A DNA stretch of 64,000 nt from Antedon mediterranea (GCF_964355755.1 NC_092678.1:5472422-5536421), one strand, 5' to 3'; positions 36,101-61,400 are shown, counted from the stretch's first letter. The notes: a model not told the origin generated them from the letters alone. Numbers and translations are program-made.

Positions 36101-39100
36101 ATCGTAATGATGCTGGAGCAGTTCCTGTTTTCTACCACCGTTCTCAGACGCATAAACATTGTTAGGTGCATTTCCTACAGTGTTGCTCATTTCAACTTTC
36201 GGTCCTGTTCTCTCCAATTCTGGTTCAACTTGATCGTAATGATGTTGCAACGGGTCCTCTTTTCTACCACCGTTCTCAGACATAGAAGCATTCACAGCAG
36301 TGTCTACTGGATCATCTGTCTTTGACTTTACCCATAAGAACCCACAATAGAAAACCAAAATGACTATAAAAATTAATAACACAGAAAATCCTGTTACAAA
36401 TACGATGATATAGACAATATCTGGCTTGGCTTCGTTATTTACTTCAGTGCGCAAATTTGTCAAAAGTGTTGTTGGAAGAGAAGTTGAGGATTTATCGTTC
36501 TCAAAGTCTATTGTTACAGCCAGATGACATTCCTTGGTGTTCATTAAGTTTTGTGACTGACATGTAAAATTTAATTCTTCATCAATAAATTCATATTTAT
36601 ACTGGTAATTCAGTTGTATTTCAGTTCGATTGTTGGTTTGCAAGAGACTATTTAACCCAAACCATTGTAGGGTTACTGGTGGGTACGCAGGTAGAGATGT
36701 ACAAGATAGTCTGATTCTCTGGTTGTTGGTATTTTCATAATCGTACCGGCACTGTGGTTCTGGAAGAAAACCATCAATCAACAGGAATGCTTCTGCAGTG
36801 AAGGATTTCATAGATGGAGGATTGAAGTTCAAAATACAACTGTACTGGCCGTGGTCAGATTTCCTCACGTTATGTTTTAAAATAGTCATTGTTTGAGATA
36901 TGCTTTGGCTTGAAACCGAAGAATCACCTACAATGTTATACCTAGATGTTCTGTTTTCATAAATGTCATCTAACATCAAAACAGTTCCATTGTCAACAAC
37001 AACAATACCATTTCTTTTCCAAGAAAACCAGTGTGGCGTGTTTATTTCGTCAGTTGTCAGATTGGCTGAGCATACAAATTGCACTGCATTAATACTACTA
37101 CTAAAGTATATTAATGCTGGCGGGTTAATAGCAATGTCAGCACACTTTGATTTGGTTAAATAGATAAGGAATAGTACTATTCCACTACAAGATATTCTTA
37201 TTCCAATATCACCTGTAAAAACAATCAAAACTATCTGAAAATTTGTTTTTTTATGTATAATAAAGCAAGGTTGAACCTATTGGCATTCACTCCCTCCTTT
37301 GTCACCTAAAATAAAATTATGAACTACTTTTTCATATCTATTTTTGACAGACTACTATTAATTTTATTATGTTAGTGCTCCCCTATTTGAAAAATTCTGG
37401 ATCCGCACCCGAGAAGTTAAATTCAATCAAGGGTTAGATGAGTTTGAGAAGTAATTGCTTTGAAGATTAATAATTCCAAATTTAAACTGGGATATAATTT
37501 CTATCTTGCTACACAGTGGGAAGTAATATGACATCTGTCAAAAACTTACCCATGGTTTCAGCAGAGACATTTGCAGATTTGAGTATCCAACAAGCAAATG
37601 AATTTTTAGAGATCAATACATTTTTAATGATTACTGCAGCAAGGAATAAATGATAACTAATAATCAAATACCCATTTCCTTATTTATACATGTGTTTCTG
37701 TGTTATGATATTTTGTTGATTCATCATTGCTTCAGTAGGTTCCATTTGTGTCTCAGTCTTGCTTGTTATTTATACAACCAATGCTCACTGAAGGGTGACA
37801 ATAGAACAAATAAATATTCAATGGAACAAATTCCTTATTATTTTTATGATTTTTGTATGAGTGAATTGATCAGAAGTTTGTAAGGTCTATTTGTTTATAA
37901 TATTGATGACTCATTCTTGTTCTTTAGGGCTAATGGTGATTTTTCTGAAACATATAAGAAAACAATATTTCTCCCAACACTAGAACAACTGCAAGCATAT
38001 AAGAGGGTCAGAAATACATATTGCCAGAATGTACAGATTAAAATCAATCATTTTTGTATTGTTTCAGAATAAAAGAACAAAGAAATGCAGCGTTTGAGCT
38101 TGCTACTCTGGCAACCACTGGAGATGATAGTAAATTTAGGATTGTAGCTGAAGGAGGGTGAGCCATGTTTCTTCTGTAAAAGAATTAAACTTGGTCTACA
38201 CTATCAAACTAGTTTGACCAAATAAAGTGTGATGTGACCAAATATGGTAGTGCTGTGACCAAATATGGTAGTGCTATGCCCAAATATGGTAGTGATATGA
38301 CATCATCATCTCCATATATGGGCATATCACATTTTTTTGTCTTACACAATTTGATAGTGTAGCTTAATTAGTCAAAGTTACTACTGTAGTAATCCATTAA
38401 ATTTGATATTGTTTTTTTACACATTAGACTTGATGTTCTGATTTTGTTGTGTCTGTCTACGGATGAGTCCATCCAAGAGTATGCTACTGAAGCTGTTGCT
38501 GAACTACTCACAATTCCTGTCATTCAGGTTTGTTATCTCCTACAAGTTAAGATCAATTGTGTCTAAGAATGACGTCACATTGAGCTCTTTATTTCCCACC
38601 AATGGCATACTGATTGTATCTCAAAATGTTGCAGTAAGAAAATCTCTTCCATTCTGAGCTAAACTTGCTCCAAGTCTGTATTTATTGTTTTTTTTATGTT
38701 GGCATTTTGATTAGACGAGCTTGTGTATTATACATATGAAACGACATATGTGCCAAAATATTTATTTTACTCCTTTTGGTCTAGAACCTAGAGTAAGCTT
38801 ATACCAACAAAGATTAATTTCAATTAAACATTCACTGTCTATTTTCACCAACAGGATCAATTTGTTGAAATGGGTGGAGTGTCAACTCTCTCTACTTTGC
38901 TCCACTCAACAAACAAACGAATCATCCAAGAAGCTGTTACGGCAATCTCTTACATTGTGTCTGACTCGGAGGATAATAAACATTCTGTGGTAGCTGACCG
39001 TGGTCTTGAAGATCTGTCCCACGCCGCTTTCAACAGCTCCATCCTGACGCAGCGCTACATCGCAGGCATCTACTTAGAACTCGTCTTCAATGCTGATATT

Positions 39101-40500
39101 CGATCTCAGATTGCGTCACTGAATTCGCCCAGTAAGTCACACAAGTTTTTGATTTTGCTGCAACCAAGACGCTTCTTCTTCTAATATCATGTTTGGTGGT
39201 AGACATTGATGAACTTTGTTCCCCAGAGTTCCCTGTTTGAATGACTTGTTGTTGGTGAGCTGAGTGTTATTCTATTGTAGAGAGATATGTCTAACGTTGT
39301 ATTTGTTGGTATTTTTCATCATTGTTTGAATATATAATTTGTTCATCTTTTTCAGCTAAAGCACTTCTTCATCTGTGTAGTAATAAAGACAATGAGACTA
39401 TGCGACTAGCACTGCAGACCTTAGAGTTGGTAGCGATAGAGAGCTCTGATGTCATTCTAAACCAGGTACTATATCAATGCATCTACATCATAACAATTAA
39501 CATACCTTTACAAATGATGTAAATTGATTAAAAAGTGAGAGGTATAAAGTATTAATTATGATCTTTTACTTTGTAGGAGAATCTTGTTTTTGACTTATTA
39601 AACATTCCTACGAACACACTAGATGCTTCAATCTATCTACTAGCTGGTAAAATACTTTTGTATGTTGCAGAAGATACTGTGGTAAGTGAAACAAATTGTT
39701 ACACAATTAAATAAGTAGTACTTCATTATCACATGTCCCTAACTTTCTGTCATCTACCCCATTTTGATTGTGACAAAGAATTGTTTTTATTCGTATCAGA
39801 TTAAAAGTACGTGATAATAGAATATTAAAGGAGTTTTTATATAATTTCAGTCATGTGGAAAAATGTTAAATACAGATTCTCTTAAGGACACCTTGATGCA
39901 GTTTGCAAAAACAGATGACCCAATCTTACAAAAGGTCGTTGCCAAGGTGATACTATGCACATTGGATGATAGAGATTTGGCGTAAGTATCATCAACCAGT
40001 TTGTTTCTAGTTTTTCAGTAATTCTAAATTACAGATATCATAATCTATTTTAGGTAAAGAAAATAGTATCATAATTTGCTTTTAGTACTAAAAATATGAT
40101 GGTTTCTTCCAACAAAAAATTATAATTTTTAAATTTTATATATTTTAGTATCAAAGCCCAGGACATGAAATTACAAGACGTATTAGTTTACATCCGCAAC
40201 AATTCCAACGACCGTGACGCATGGAATATGGCGGACCAAGGCATCACATTATTCAACAACAACGACTTCCGCAAGTACCAACCCATGCCACCGCCATCCG
40301 ATAGCTTTGGGTCTACTTTGTCGCTTAGGAAACCCAGGCCATCTGGATATCCCGGGTCAACGTTCTCACTTAACAAAGATGCGAAAATGATGGGATCTCA
40401 GAGTACAATGTTGGAGAAGGTCAGAATGGGGTCAAGGTTATCATTGAGGAGTGGAAACCAATCAAATGTTGGTAGTAGAGCTAGTCTGCAGTCAAATTAA
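33129..40500 (+). CDS. Ubiquitin-like domain, ~4 transmembrane helices, armadillo repeats (~673 aa, 13 exons)
   Basis: Exons 33129-33161, 33507-33719, 33903-34034, 34238-34392, 34531-34624, 34912-35141, 38068-38157, 38428-38527, 38855-39131, 39356-39465, 39577-39681, 39851-39981, 40149-40500 are in frame (2022 nt). Ubl: ETLARVKAKI..QFRLRYKGQFLRDAYTLEDYKI. ARM: NAAFELATLA..IVAEGGLDVLILL; VEMGGVSTLSTLL..IIQEAVTAI. Confidence 0.85.
35134..35492. repeat. 26/29-bp minisatellite (~13 copies) seeded on a splice donor
   Basis: Unit TGGAGGGTACTG(CTG)TATAACGATGGGT(G/C); the first unit is the exon 6 junction TGGAAG|GTACTG. Confidence 0.95.
35795..37553 (-). CDS. Type I membrane receptor with two Ig domains and a tyrosine-motif-rich tail (~473 aa), nested antisense in intron 6 of the Ubl-TM-ARM gene
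   Basis: ATGG|GTAAGT (37553-37550) splices to TTTTACAG|GT at 37212, then one exon to the stop at 35795. Signal peptide; Ig1 C..WKRNG..SDHGQYSC; Ig2 CTSLPAYPPVTLQWF..NFTC; TM IVYIIVF..FLWV; tail YDQV x2, YLQV, YLEL, NPVYESL. Confidence 0.85.
38190..38362. mobile_element. MITE family A, copy 6 (reverse orientation)
   Basis: gtctacactatcaaactagtttgac...tttgatagtgtag. Confidence 0.75.
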
Positions 40501-40621
40501 TTGTTTAGTGCCTAAGAGTCCATTGGGCGAGTTAGACAATAGCCCCAACTTTACCATCTACAGTAGTTGCAAATCTGAACTTAATTTGCCACTCATAGCT
40601 GAGCACAAATGGATCTAGGAA

Positions 40622-41724
40622 AGGATTCATTAAAGTGGTTTGACCCACCAAAGAGGTATTTGTACATACACTACCCTACACCACTAAAGCATGGTGGTTC
40701 CACTAGACACACAACGCAAGGACATGGACTTAATATGAATGCTATGAATTTGCATACATATTATGTTAAGTGATTTTTTAATGCCATAACTAAATATTAT
40801 GTTATAACACTATTACAAAACTCTGTTTGCATTTTAACCGAATAAATCTATTTTTGTTAAATTGAGATTTTTTGGAAAATGAAGTATTTATAGAAGTTTA
40901 TTTTTAAATTAGAAATCTAATCACCTTTTGTATATAAATTAGTGAAATATATTTTTTAGATTTTCAGATGAAAACATTGACATTCCATTCAATTTGCTTT
41001 GAAACATATTGTAATTAATATTTATCTTTCTTAATATTTCTTGATGTACAATAAAATAGATAGAAATATATAGTTTGATTCTGTCATTTAGTCTTGTGTT
41101 GATATTATTATATTGCAAAATCAACTGAATCGACCTTTTAAAGAGAACTCCTCTAAACACGAATAAATAACCAGGATTCATTAAAGTGGTTTGACCCACC
41201 AAAGAGGTATTTGTACATACACTACCCTACACCACTAAAGCATGGTGGTTCCACTAGACACACAACGCAAGGACATGGACTTAATATGAATGCTATGAAT
41301 TTGCATACATATTATGTTAAGTGATTTTTTAATGCCATAACTAAATATTATGTTATAACACTATTACAAAACTCTGTTTGCATTTTAACCGAATAAATCT
41401 ATTTTTGTTAAATTGAGATTTTTTGGAAAATGAAGTATTTATAGAAGTTTATTTTTAAATTAGAAATCTAATCACCTTTTGTATATAAATTAGTGAAATA
41501 TATTTTTTAGATTTTCAGATGAAAACATTGACATTCCATTCAATTTGCTTTGAAACATATTGTAATTAATATTTATCTTTCTTAATATTTCTTGATGTAC
41601 AATAAAATAGATAGAAATATATAGTTTGATTCTGTCATTTAGTCTTGTGTTGATATTATTATATTGCAAAATCAACTGAATCGACCTTTTAAAGAGAACT
41701 CCTCTAAACACGAATAAATAACCA
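40622..41724. repeat. 551-bp tandem duplication, apparently identical copies, covering the 3' UTR and polyA signal of the Ubl-TM-ARM gene
   Basis: aggattcattaaagtgg starts at 40622 and 41173; ORF-track stops 40939 and 41490 are 551 bp apart; AATAAA at 40841 and 41392. Confidence 0.95.
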
Positions 41725-42221
41725 AATACTTTTGCGTTCTAGACAGCTTAATATTCGTAAATATTTTGACACACAAGGCATGCCATACTTGGAAAAACGG
41801 CTCTAACAACATAACAAAAAAGAAAATAACTTTGTGCAAATCTCTCGAAATAAACCACCTCCACATAAAGACATTTCAAATTTCCGACATACGCTCCAAC
41901 AACACAAAAATTCAAATTTGAATTTTTTAGTTGTAAAAAAAAACCTGCATAATTATCCTATATTAATATTATCCCCTTCTTTGCTGCATGTTAAGCGTTT
42001 ATTTTCATTCTATATCGAGTTTTTACTATTATTACAATTAGAATTAATTTATATTTTTCATACATTTGTCTGTGTCTCCACATAATTTACTCATTGCAAT
42101 AGCAACCATACGTAATTTTCTGCCGGAGACCCAATACATAGCTAGCGGATCCACGGGGATTAGTTGCTTAAAGATTAGAACTTACCTTCTTCTTCATCCA
42201 GCTGAGAGATTAAATCCAAGT

Positions 42222-42325
42222 AATAAATCCAAAGTAATAAATCCAAAGTAATAAATCCAAAGTATCAAATAACAAGTAATACATCCAAAGTAATAAATCC
42301 AAAGTAATTAATTCAAAGTATTAAA
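42222..42325. repeat. 15-bp tandem repeat (AATAAATCCAAAGT-like)
   Basis: About six degenerate units are visible. Confidence 0.75.
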
Positions 42326-43315
42326 GCCATGTTTCTTCCAGATAGAAACTGGAGCGCCACAAGACAAAAACAAAAAACAAAAGAGCTATTAATCTCTTTG
42401 TTCTTTATTGCACTTCCGAATTTTCACATCACCTGAGTATGCAATGCAAATGAGCTGCAAACTGAGGCCGTTGATTGGTCAGAAAATCTTCGATTTGACT
42501 AGTGTGAGAGAAAGCGGACACAGAGCTTGCAAAAATATCAAATTATGTTCATGAAGAATCCTAAATAAAGATAGTAGACCATTGTTGAAGGAGACCACCT
42601 CCACTCTCCGAATTGTTGAACGATATTCTCTCCCTTTCCATGTTAAGGTAGCAAATAATATGCTTTTTTTTTTTAATGCAACCTCCACACTCCTTGATGA
42701 CTGATATTCTCTCTCTTTCCATGTTAAGTTAGCAAGTAATATGCTTATATTTTTTAATGCAACTTCCACACTTCTTTCCATATCTTTTAGTATTGTTATA
42801 ATCTATGAACACTAGAAAAGAATTCTGGCGTTTGTGTCCCCGTTTTTTGTGTGTGCGCAGTTTTTGATATTGTTGTGCATTATACAGTAAGTCTTTTTTA
42901 TATGTATTTGTGATATATGACGAACGAATAGACGTGGTAGTTTAAACCAAAAAGAGATGCGAGTCATACAAAAATAAGAAATAGGCCTACAGTATTATCT
43001 TCAATTTGAAATGAAATAAATAAATGATTATTATTCAAAAGGTTGAATTCTTATAATAGCTCTTAACGATTATTCATTCATAACAAATAATTACTAATGA
43101 ATGACTAACAATACCATCTTCCCCATTACACCTGTACAACACAAACTCATTTGCATAGCAACGCACGGCATACCAAAATGTTCAAAATAGAGCTGCAAGG
43201 TCCCCCGAAGATGACACCTATATTTGAAACAAAATCTATAAGAGTCTTCAGTACCCCCACCATGCTTGTGGCTGAGCAGACAACTTTAAAAAATAGAGCT
43301 TTAACTCTATTCCAC

Positions 43316-43388
43316 CGACTACCATAGGAATCGAACCCACGACATTCGTGTTACTAACACGACGCTCAGTCGACCGAGCTAACTGGTC
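43316..43388 (-). pseudogene. tRNA-like sequence (Ile-AAT body, AGT anticodon); probable tRNA pseudogene or SINE head
   Basis: GACCAGTTAGCTCGGTCGACTGAGCGTCGTGTTAGTAACACGAATGTCGTGGGTTCGATTCCTATGGTAGTCG. D, anticodon and T stems pair, but the acceptor stem has two mismatches and the D-loop GG is lost. Confidence 0.7.
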
Positions 43389-44734
43389 ATCTTGCTTTTA
43401 ACTGGGCTAATGTCTATTTATGACGTAATGATGAATTACATAATACACGTATATACTACTGTAATTAGAAATTCCATTTTGTAAAATAACTATGGCTTCG
43501 AAATTGATCGTCATGTCTCTATTAAGTAAGTTATCTATAAATTTCCTATCCACCATCAGAATATAACATTCTAGTGTAAATATCTTGGTTGATAGATCGG
43601 AAGATATTTATTTCATTGAGAATTATTAGGTTTATTTTATATTGCTTAAAGGTTTGCATGGCGCAATCAATAGGAAGATATAAAGTTTGCGGTACACCAC
43701 GTATATATAGTTCTGAAAATCATTGAGTTTCTTGATTTTTTACTTTGATGGTTCTCAGGATTGAGATTGAATGCAGAAAGTCCAGGAAACTGGGATACTA
43801 AGTGGAATTGGTGTGAAAGCTAAATATATTTGAATTGTTAAATTCAATGTTTACAAAGAAATTTTAAAAAGAAACAAAAACATAATTCAATTTTATCTAG
43901 ATTTTTATTTATTTTTCAACCATTATAATCTCAAGAGAACACTCCATTTATTAGTACAATTAACTGCTTTTATAACAAATTAATAAGGTTTTAAGCAGAC
44001 TAGAGACACATTGTACATGGCCCAGTACAGTGCACTGACATCATTCGTGATATATTATTGAATACATTGATTGCTTGTTACAAGTCTGTGTAATATCATA
44101 ATTCCTAATTGTTATAGTAATATTCATGTTAAAGTTTACTGCATTGTTTTTTAAACAGATCCGTAAGTTCTTTCCAAGACAACAGGTCTTGGGTTTCTTA
44201 TAAGTTTTTTTCTGAATATGTATTTAAAAATAATCAAATTCAAAGCTGCATAAACAAGATATACAAAATAAATTTATAGAGTTGCTAATGGTAATGTGAG
44301 GTCGATGAGGTCAACCAGAGTTGTAAATAAACCATGTCTGTTAAATGGTTTAAATGGTGAATACAAAGATTCTTTTCTATCTCTCTCCCCCCCCCCCACC
44401 CCCAATTTGAATCCAACAAAATCATTGAGTAGTAAAGATAAAGATTTTTTTTTTTCTACTCATCTTTCACTTCTTACAAATAGTTGTGATTTAAGCACAA
44501 AGATGAAAGATTCCTTTTAAAGATGAATATTGAGCAACAATAATTATACTCCTTTTGCATCAACCAAAAAAACTCCATCAGCACCTTGGTGTGTTTAAAC
44601 CCCAGGGTTTTGCTAGGCGATGTTGAAGCGGTATAAAGCTACCCTTCAAATACAGTAGAGGGAGCCCTGGTATACATCATTATACAAATCTTTCGTAAAT
44701 TACAACAATGATTTTGTTGGATGTTTTCAAACAA

Positions 44735-44810
44735 CTTGCAAGTCTTTCATCAGGATTGGCCGTCCCACATTTTGGGTTTCTGGTTCAATCCGTCATACGT
44801 GCGCATCACG
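44735..44810 (-). promoter_or_regulatory. SECIS element (type II) in the TGR 3' UTR
   Basis: Minus strand: ATGA-C-GGATTG-AA-CC-AG-AAA-CCCA-AAATG-TGGG-AC-GG-C-CAATCC-TGAT. This gives the AUGA/GA quartet, helix II, unpaired AAA and an apical ministem, ~200 nt after the UGA. Confidence 0.92.
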
Positions 44811-44994
44811 TCAACGCAGAATAACAAGATGATTGATATGTACATAAACGTTAACCCCGCTGTCGCAGCCCAACCACAATTCACAACAAGATCGTTGAAA
44901 CGAGTTATTACACCGACGTCACCATGAATGCATAGTTCAACGAAGATGTTATCTTGTATGGTTTATGAATCGTAGAGGGCGCTTACAGCAGGGT

Positions 44995-56961
<11,967 letters not shown>

Positions 56962-57407
56962 TTTATGATATGTCTTCAGCAAAAAACTTACTTCGCAATC
57001 ACTTTACTTTTCAAGCCCAGGACTAGGCCTAACCCGGTAGATCGTCGATTGACAGTATCAGCGAGAAGACGTTCCTCCCGCCGCTAATAAAAAAAAAGGC
57101 AAGCAACTGAGCCGCCTAGAATAGGCCTAACGACGATAAGATATTTCTTGATATCTATACGGTTTTCAATAACATAAATACAATCAATTACCAGCAAACC
57201 ACATTTTGTTTAACACTAAACAGCATAAAGTTCTTGACAATAATATCAGAGCCTATAAACATGAATTACACAATACTTTTTCAGGGTTTCAACTAACGTC
57301 ACGCCGCTCTTTCTAAATCCGCGAAAATTTCTCAACTAAAATCTTAAACTATAGAGGGGGTAACTTTTAAAATGTTAAAGTACCCCCTCTACAGTAGGTT
57401 CGGGCGA

Positions 57408-57884
57408 ACCGTAAATCTAATTGTAACCCTATATTCTTTGATTGTTTTTTTAGGGTGGGTTACTATTAGATGGGGGATTACTATTAGAGTAGTGGGTTAC
57501 TATTACTAACCTTAAATTAAGCACTTGAAAATAGTAACTAACTATTCCGTTCAACAAATCATAGCAAAATAATAAAACAGTACGAATAAACAACTTTGTT
57601 TGAATTCTAACTTTATTTCATAAACTGAAAAACATTCAATCCTCCCCGACTCTCGAGATCAACATGCATTAGCTCCTTATTTTCAAAATACGGCTGCATC
57701 ATAAACGACCAGTCTTCAATTCATAATGTAATTTTGTCAATAGTTTTTGTGACTCTAATATTAACCTCATGGGTTACTATTAGAGTAGTGGATTATTATT
57801 ATTATAGATTGACTTATAAGGTTGGTTACTATTAGAAGGAGGGTTACTATTAGAAGTGGGGTTACTATTAGAAAATTTACAGTA
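57408..57884. mobile_element. Probable pogo/Tigger-type MITE with repeated GGGTTACTATTAG subterminal motifs upstream of TGR
   Basis: accgtaaat...atttacagta termini; about seven copies of (G)GGTTACTATTA. Confidence 0.5.
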
Positions 57885-58429
57885 TAGCCTTCCGACGTAC
57901 ATTAAAAAATGGAACGCTGGCGTATTTATGTGTGGCTATGAAGTATAGTGTATCATCATCATAGAGGATTATAGTGAATATATTAATATATTACACTATC
58001 TATGGTATCATGTAGGCCTACTATAGTTTACATTATAGCATCCGATTTTTCTAGGGCTACCAGCCGATACGTAGGCTAATCAACTGTATCAATACCATCT
58101 ATTTACATGGATTAATATTTAATTTCCTCAACAAATTGCTGTAAATAAATATAGGTAGAGCTATAATAAGCATTGAATTTGCCTTCTCACACAAAGTGTG
58201 CTTTTTTCGGGAATTCCCCTAGGCGTTCGTACGTACACATTGAACTTGAACGCAAAACAAAATACCGAGTGAATGATCAAACAATCGGCGGTTCATGATA
58301 AATAGTTCACGTGTGTGAGGAGGAGAAAAAAAATACGAATACGATCGTTTTGCTCATTGGTAGCATGCTGCATGAGAGTATATTTTGCGACCATTTAGCG
58401 GTGCCATTTATCATGAATTTTATGTGCGA

Positions 58430-61400
58430 GAGTACCATTTCTGGCCATCTAGGAGTGTCATTTAACAAATTCTCCCCTCAGGAGCGGGGGCAGTGTCCAA
58501 AATACTTAGTGTCCGAATTATCCTACTATCGTCATTGCCACATACCAGGGTACATTTACCATCACTAGGTTTTGGTACATCACAATGTAAACTTGAAATG
58601 TGGACTTTACCACAATGCTGACATAGTACCTTAGCCGGCCTTACATTCAGATGCTATATGGTTGCCTTTGCCACATTTAAAACCTAACCTCATGACAAAA
58701 ATATTTCTCTTCTTTACATGACTAGGCTGTTTACTAAAGGAATCGCAATTGTCGAAAGGATGAGATGATTTACAAAAAGAGCACTTTTCTGTTTTACTTG
58801 GTTCTCCATCATTTTTCTCAACTTTCTGCTTGAATTCCTTCTTTCTCTCTGTTTTTAAACTTGTAGGCTACGTGAAGACTGTGAAGACAGACCTTTAGGT
58901 TTATCTGTGAACGATCGAGTAGATTTCTTGCCGTGCAGCTTCAGACATTGGTAAATTTGCTTCTTCTGCTTTATCTTTTAAAAAGGATGCAAATTGTGCG
59001 AATGACGGACTCCCACCATTTTTTATGACACTATTGATCTCCATTTACTCTCAATGTAAGTAGGTAACTTACAATGTTCTGCTGTATAATTAAGCACGAC
59101 TTCATTAACAAAATCTGAGAAGTCCCGAAGACCAACATAGTCCTTTCCATTTATCTTTTGCCAAGCATCCATCTTTTTAAGGAAAGCCCTCGCTACCACA
59201 GAACCGTGACCATACCGATTTCCTTGGTAACAAGTAATTACTAACTAAATTCTTTTGTTTACCTTCAAGGTGTTGACGTAACAAAAAAAATTCTCAATAA
59301 AAGTAACTGACTTTGTTTTAATTCGTGATTAAAACGGTGCTTCCCATTTAGGACATTTTAGAGGATCTTCATCAAACTTCTCTACAAGCACAGGAGGCAG
59401 TCTCAACGAATCAGTAAGTTGTATAAGATGCATATCACCATATTGTGGCTATGTCACCTGATTTTTTTTCGACATAAGGTAATTGATTCTGTTAAGGATT
59501 ATTTAAATTAGCTGTCGTAGAAGGAATTACATCATACACATTGAATGTATTAACATCAGAATGCAATGGAACTACAGTACTGTCTGTGTCAACTGGCGCT
59601 GTAAACATTGGAAAATCTGGAGAATTAGCATATGTTATTGGAGTAAAGCTTGTAGAGGCAATAGATCGTGTGAAACAGTATGTAAATTATTAGTTGTACT
59701 AACTGGTACTGAAAACATTGGGAGTGCTGCAGACCTCACATAACTAAGAGATTTTGACGCAGTAGGCCTAGCAGGAACACAAGCCGATCCACATGGATGG
59801 ATCACTAGGTGCATTCACATAAGTTGAATTTGCAGGAATTATGTCCATCTGAGAAATACATAAAGTTAGTTGCATTGAAAGAACTAATATTTGGCACTCT
59901 GGTAACAGTACTGTTGCGTACATTTGCAAATGATAATGACTGGTTAATGTTAGTGGAAATAGTATGGGTTGAAGTGTCTATTGCCGACTTTGCAATGTAA
60001 GTAGAAGTGGCAGCGCAGAGGTATGTACAGCAACACTCGTGGTTGTAGATACACTTTAGGATGAAACAGTAAATTGAGCTGATTCTGCAACAGACCTACC
60101 ACAACTGCCGATGGTTCACCAACCGCTTTCGGTATATCATCAAGGAATTTCAGCAAACCAAGAGGAATGTAATCATCGTCCTCACCACTCAGCAATGGCT
60201 GTGAATCGTCACCATTACATCATCCTCACGCAAGACATCTAGTCTAGCTTCCATCTTTGCTAACTCCTTCTGTTCCTCAATCAACGTAGTCTCAAACTCA
60301 ATTTCTAACATCTTCTCCTCCATCTTAAACTTATGTTCTGCAGCTTCACGTTCAACCTTAAGCTTATATTTCTTAAGTTTGTGCCAGTGGTGGCGCCAGC
60401 GGGGGGGCTACGGGGGCTCTAGCCCCCTCGTCGGGGAGCCTAGCCCCCCCGTCGGGGAACACGGGTACTTTTTGTCGGGGAATATAATATACAGTAAAAC
60501 ACGTTCGCGTTCACTTCATATAGCTTCAGCGCCTAGAAAACCACGACGTTCCATTGACCGTGAGAGTACGTCAGAGGGTTATTATGCACTTTTATGCATT
60601 CATTTATTGCCAGCGATCTAACTTACTACTAAACATTAGCTAGGTACGCACTTGTCTGGCGGTATCCCTTTGTACGAATCGTTCAACGTTGGGTCGCGAC
60701 GCGTGATATCAAGTTCCATCCAGGGACCAAAATGTGTAATGTAGTTATTTTCCAGGCGAAGTTTACCGACGGTTACCGAAGGAAACACGGGTACTTTTTG
60801 TCGGGGAATATAATATACAGTAAAAAGCGTTCGCGTTCACTTCGTAGCTAGCTTCAGCGCCTAGAAAACCGCGACGTTTCATTGACCGTGAGAGAGTACG
60901 TCAGAGTGATATTATGCACTTTATATGCACTCATTATTGCCAGCGATCTAACTTACTACTAAACAATAGCTAGGTTCGCACTTGTCTGGCGGTATCCCTT
61001 TGTACGAATCGTTCAACGTTGGGTCGAGACGCGTGATATCATGTTCCATCCAGGGACCAAAATGTGTACTGTAGTTATTTTCCAGGCGAAGTTTACTGAC
61101 GGTTACGTCGTGTACTGCGTCGACGTACGCTACACTACAGCAAAAACGAATTATGTTAATTGTTCGTATGTTCACCAATTTTTTTAATTTACAAGTAACA
61201 TTCTGTACCGTGGGGCACCTAAAATAAATTGTTCATCCATTACTAAACAAAAAAACATGCCATTTTCGCTTAGCCAACATCTTATTATAGCTAAGTTATT
61301 ACATTTTCAATGTCCTGTATGTCATGAATTTCTCACCACTCGGAAGTCCAGATGGTACGCACGCATACACTTGGGAGGAATAAACTTATTTCCCCGACTG

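Noticed and set aside
43316-43388. Functional tRNA-Thr(AGT)
   Set aside because: Acceptor stem has C-A and G-G mismatches, D-loop invariants are lost, and the body is of Ile type.
56962-57006. Non-AUG (CUG) N-terminal extension of TGR as in mammalian TXNRD3
   Set aside because: An in-frame TAA lies 15 codons upstream and the CTG would add only 6 residues; no targeting-peptide character.
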